NCBI GenBank assembly: GCA_963754955.1
Contig: CAVWHY010000004.1
Location: forward strand, 11,516-75,515
Direction: 5' to 3'
Origin: an uncultured Acidobacteriota bacterium
Lineage (GTDB): Bacteria > Acidobacteriota > Vicinamibacteria > Vicinamibacterales > CAVVIG01
DNA length: 64,000 nt
Of the stretch, positions 59,096 through 64,000 are shown piece after piece. The notes beneath the pieces were generated by a model, which saw only the letters and a list, made by a program, of their open reading frames with translations, did no database searches and was not told where the DNA came from. The position numbers and the translations under genes are program-made. Numbering within the stretch: position 1 is the stretch's first letter; every line of letters begins with the position of its first letter.

Positions 59096-61839
59096 CTAGA
59101 AGGTCGATCCGACGGCAAAACGGAATCCATACGCCTGCTGCGGCTGCAGGTTGTTGTCGCGGACGCCCCAGCGCTGCGGATCTGCGTAGAAGATCAGCCG
59201 GAACGGCACGTTGAGCACGGGCATGAAGAAGCGGATCTCGACGCCCGTGGACGTCTTGAACGCGCTGTGCTGCCCGATGGTCGTGAACTGCGGCCCCGGC
59301 GCGTTCGGGTCGACGAGCGTGATGGGCTGGTTGGGATCCACCAGGATGACGCCGGGCGGCGACCACCGGGATCCTGGTGTCCTCCCAGAACGAGAACCGC
59401 TCGCCGGTGTTCCGCACCTGGCCGGCGTCGTAGAACAGGATCGCGCGAACCGGGCCGGCAATCGTGAACCCCTGCTCGATGTTGAAGAGCAGGCTCTTGT
59501 TGCCGCCGAGCACGAGGCCGGTGAACGGATCCGACGGCCCGATGCTGCGGATGTCGAAGCCGCGCACGCTGTACTCGCCGCCCAGGAACAGCTTCTCGAA
59601 AATCGGCAGCGGCACCGAGCCGGTGAACTGGTGGATGTATTCCAACTGGCCGCGCATCCCGAGCGACATGCGCGGGTTCTGCTTCCAGAAATACACGCCC
59701 TCGAGGCTCGGCTTGTAGAAGTTGGTGTTGCCGCCGAGCCCGGCGAGTTCGATCGACGCCGTGAAGCGCCGGCCCGACGTCGGGAAGATCGGGTTGTCCA
59801 CCGTGTTGTGCACGATGCTCGGCGTGATCTTGCTGATGACGCGCTCGCCGCCCTGCCCGATGAGCAGCGAATCCTGCAGGAACGGGTTGCGACGCAGCAG
59901 CGTCGGGTCCGTGTAGATGGTGTTGAGCTCGCTGACGTGCACGTGCTGGTAGCTGTAGTTGGCGAAGAACCGCGTGAAGTTGCCGAGCGGGTAGCCGAAC
60001 GTCAGCGTCGTGCCGGTCGTATTCTGCGTGAACTGGTTGATGTAGTGGATTTCCTGCTTGAAGACCTGGACGCCGCCCGTCATGTTCCGGTCGAACAGGA
60101 ACGGTTCGGTGAACCCGACCGTGTAGTTCTGCGCGAGCGATCCCGCCTGCAGCGACACGGTGAAGCTCTCGCCGCGTCCCATGAAGTTGGACGTCTGGAA
60201 CGACAACTGCCCGAAGAACCCCTCGTACTGCGACACGCCGGCGCCGAAGGTCAGCTGGTTGCGGTTCTGCTCCTCGAGCTTGACCCGCACGTCCACCTTG
60301 TTCGTCTCGTTCGGCGTCTTCTGGACGTCGACGTCCTTGCCGCCCTCGAGCGGCTTGAAGTACCCGAGCTGATTCACCAGCTTGATGCTCGACTTCAGCG
60401 CCTCGGTGTTGAAGACGCCGTCCTCGGCCAGCCGCATCTGCCGCCGGATCACGGTGTCGTGCGTCGTCGAGTTGCCGACGAACGTGATGCGGTTGACGAA
60501 GTACTGCTGCCCTTCCTGCAGGCGCATCGTGACGTCCACGATCGCGGGGCCCGGCTCGACCGGCGCCGCGAGCGCCTGGGGCGCCTGCGCCTCCGCCGGA
60601 TTCGGGTCGTCGTGGAACTTGTAATCGGGGAAGCCCGTGAACTCCCAGTAGCCGCCGCCGCCGTACACCTCGCGCGCCTTCTCCATGCCCTTGCGGACGT
60701 TCTTCTCGTTGTAGAAGTCGCCGGTGTTCAGCTTGAAGAGCGGCTTCAGGTACTCGGTCTTGATGATCGTGTTGCCGGTGAACTCGACCTCGCCGACCTT
60801 GTATCGGCGGCCCTCGGTGATCGGGATGCGCAGCTCGATCCAGCGCGTCTTCCCGTCCGCGGAGTCGCTGATGAACTTCTGCTCGGGCACGCCGACGTTG
60901 GCGCGGATGTAGCCGTTCTCGCGATAGAACTCGGTGATCTTGTCGGCGTCCGCGTCGAACTTGGTTTCCTGGAACACGCCGCGGCCGTTGATGAACGAGA
61001 ACATCCAGACTTCCCGGTTCTCCTTCATCTTCTTTTTGAGCTGGCTCGTGGTGAAGACCTTGTTGCCGGTGAACTCGATCTTCTTGATCTTGACCTTCGG
61101 CCCCTCGGACATGTGGAAGGTGAGGTGCACGAGCTTCGGCCCGCCCGGCATCGGCACGATCTCCGGGCGTGACCTCGGCGCTCTGGAAACCCTTGTCCTT
61201 CAGCATGTCGCGCACGATGCCGGACACCTTCCGCACGAGCGCCGGGTCGATGAAGGTGTCGAGGCGGATTTCCGCCATCGCCATCTTCAGCGCCTCGTCG
61301 ATCTTCGACGTCTCAATCGCTTTCGATCCGACGTAGTCGACGATCTTGACGCGCTGCCGCTCCTCCATGTGATAGGTAATCGAGCTCGCCGACGACTCCG
61401 TTCGAGAAGGTGTATTCCTCCTTCTCAATCGACAGGTTGTCCAGAAAGTTGGTGTTCCAGAGCCGGAGGAAGTCTTCGCGGATGACCTTTTCGGTCTCTT
61501 CGTTGTAGGGCGTCCAGTTACCCTGGGACGGCTGGCTGGGCTTGAGCTGGATGTAATAGAGGTACGTCTCGGGCTCGATGACGGAGGCCCCGCCCTGGGC
61601 CTCGAAGCACGGCCCGATACAGGTAGACGACGGGCGGAGAATTGGCCGGCGGAAGGGCCGCCGGCGGCGGCACATCCTGGCCACAGAATTTAACGGGCTC
61701 GGCGACCGGGGCGGCGGGAGACGCCGCGCGGAGACGACGATGGGGGCGGAGGCGGTGCCGGTAGAGACACCTGCGCCCGAACCGGGGCGGCTCCGAGGAC
61801 GACTGCCAGCCCTGCCAGAGTCGCGACACGCTTGAACAT
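59096..61839 (-). pseudogene. bamA: outer membrane protein assembly factor BamA; about 5 frame breaks
   Basis: Signal peptide MFKRVATLAGLAVVLGAAPVRAQ at ATG 61839. POTRA repeats (..ITYHMEERQRVKIVDYVGSK.., KVKIKKIEFTGNKVF, YKVGEVEFTGNT, QYFVNRITFVGN). Beta-barrel with terminal ..YGFRFAVGSTF. Frames change near 61693-61775, ~61620, ~61380, ~61165, ~59360. Confidence 0.9.
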
Positions 61840-61955
61840 CAAGAAGCTTCCAACACAGGCGAACGCGTGAACCTCTTACTCTACTGGTTTTTAGACGCCG
61901 GACGGTAGCCGGCGGCCGGAGCCCTGGGCGGGTGGAATCGCGCCGAGCGCGCTGG

Positions 61956-64000
<2,045 letters not shown>

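Noticed and set aside
61880-61915. Stem cgccgg..ccggcg next to a T/A run downstream of clpC as an intrinsic terminator.
   Set aside because: On the clpC (minus) transcript the hairpin is followed by UCUAAAAA rather than a U-tract. The T-run precedes the stem on the plus strand, where no gene ends.

Overview
High-GC chromosomal segment made almost entirely of core housekeeping genes. The gene content (BshC, a PEGA-domain kinase, a CarboxypepD_reg protein, futalosine-route menaquinone genes, LpxI, an EtfD-like reductase) looks Acidobacteriota-like, which is an inference only. I can support about 60 protein-coding genes. I saw no rRNA, tRNA, CRISPR array, transposase or integrase. Main blocks in order: carA; kinase / bshC-PBP1A-xdhC-amidohydrolase; CIRCE-hrcA-grpE-dnaJ-prmA; rsmE / kinase-ilvE-pilT-recX-alaS; lytic transglycosylase; ABC exporter pair; rpsT; leuS-lptE-holA; HDAC-DinB-DUF374-EtfD-like-etfAB; fabF-acpP-fabG-fabD-plsX-rpmF-yceD; dgt-deoB-miaA-tonB. 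Then comes a long futalosine/menaquinone cluster (ubiE, ubiX, UbiA, amidohydrolase, mqnC, mqnA, a cysteine-less MqnE-like gene, UbiD), followed by gfo-lpxI-fabZ::lpxA-skp-lipoprotein-bamA and clpC. Two window-wide signals stand out. (1) At least 15 intergenic elements are built from short (7-18 nt) degenerate tandem units, mostly arranged as long imperfect inverted repeats. They fall into about six sequence families, hug stop and start codons, and sometimes encode the last residues of the flanking protein. (2) By my manual count there are about 40 single-base reading-frame breaks in conserved and essential genes, all downstream of ~18.5 kb and none in the first 14 genes. These are most simply uncorrected assembly indels, not real pseudogenes. 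Coordinates of frame breaks and repeat arms were read by eye and are good to a few nt at best.
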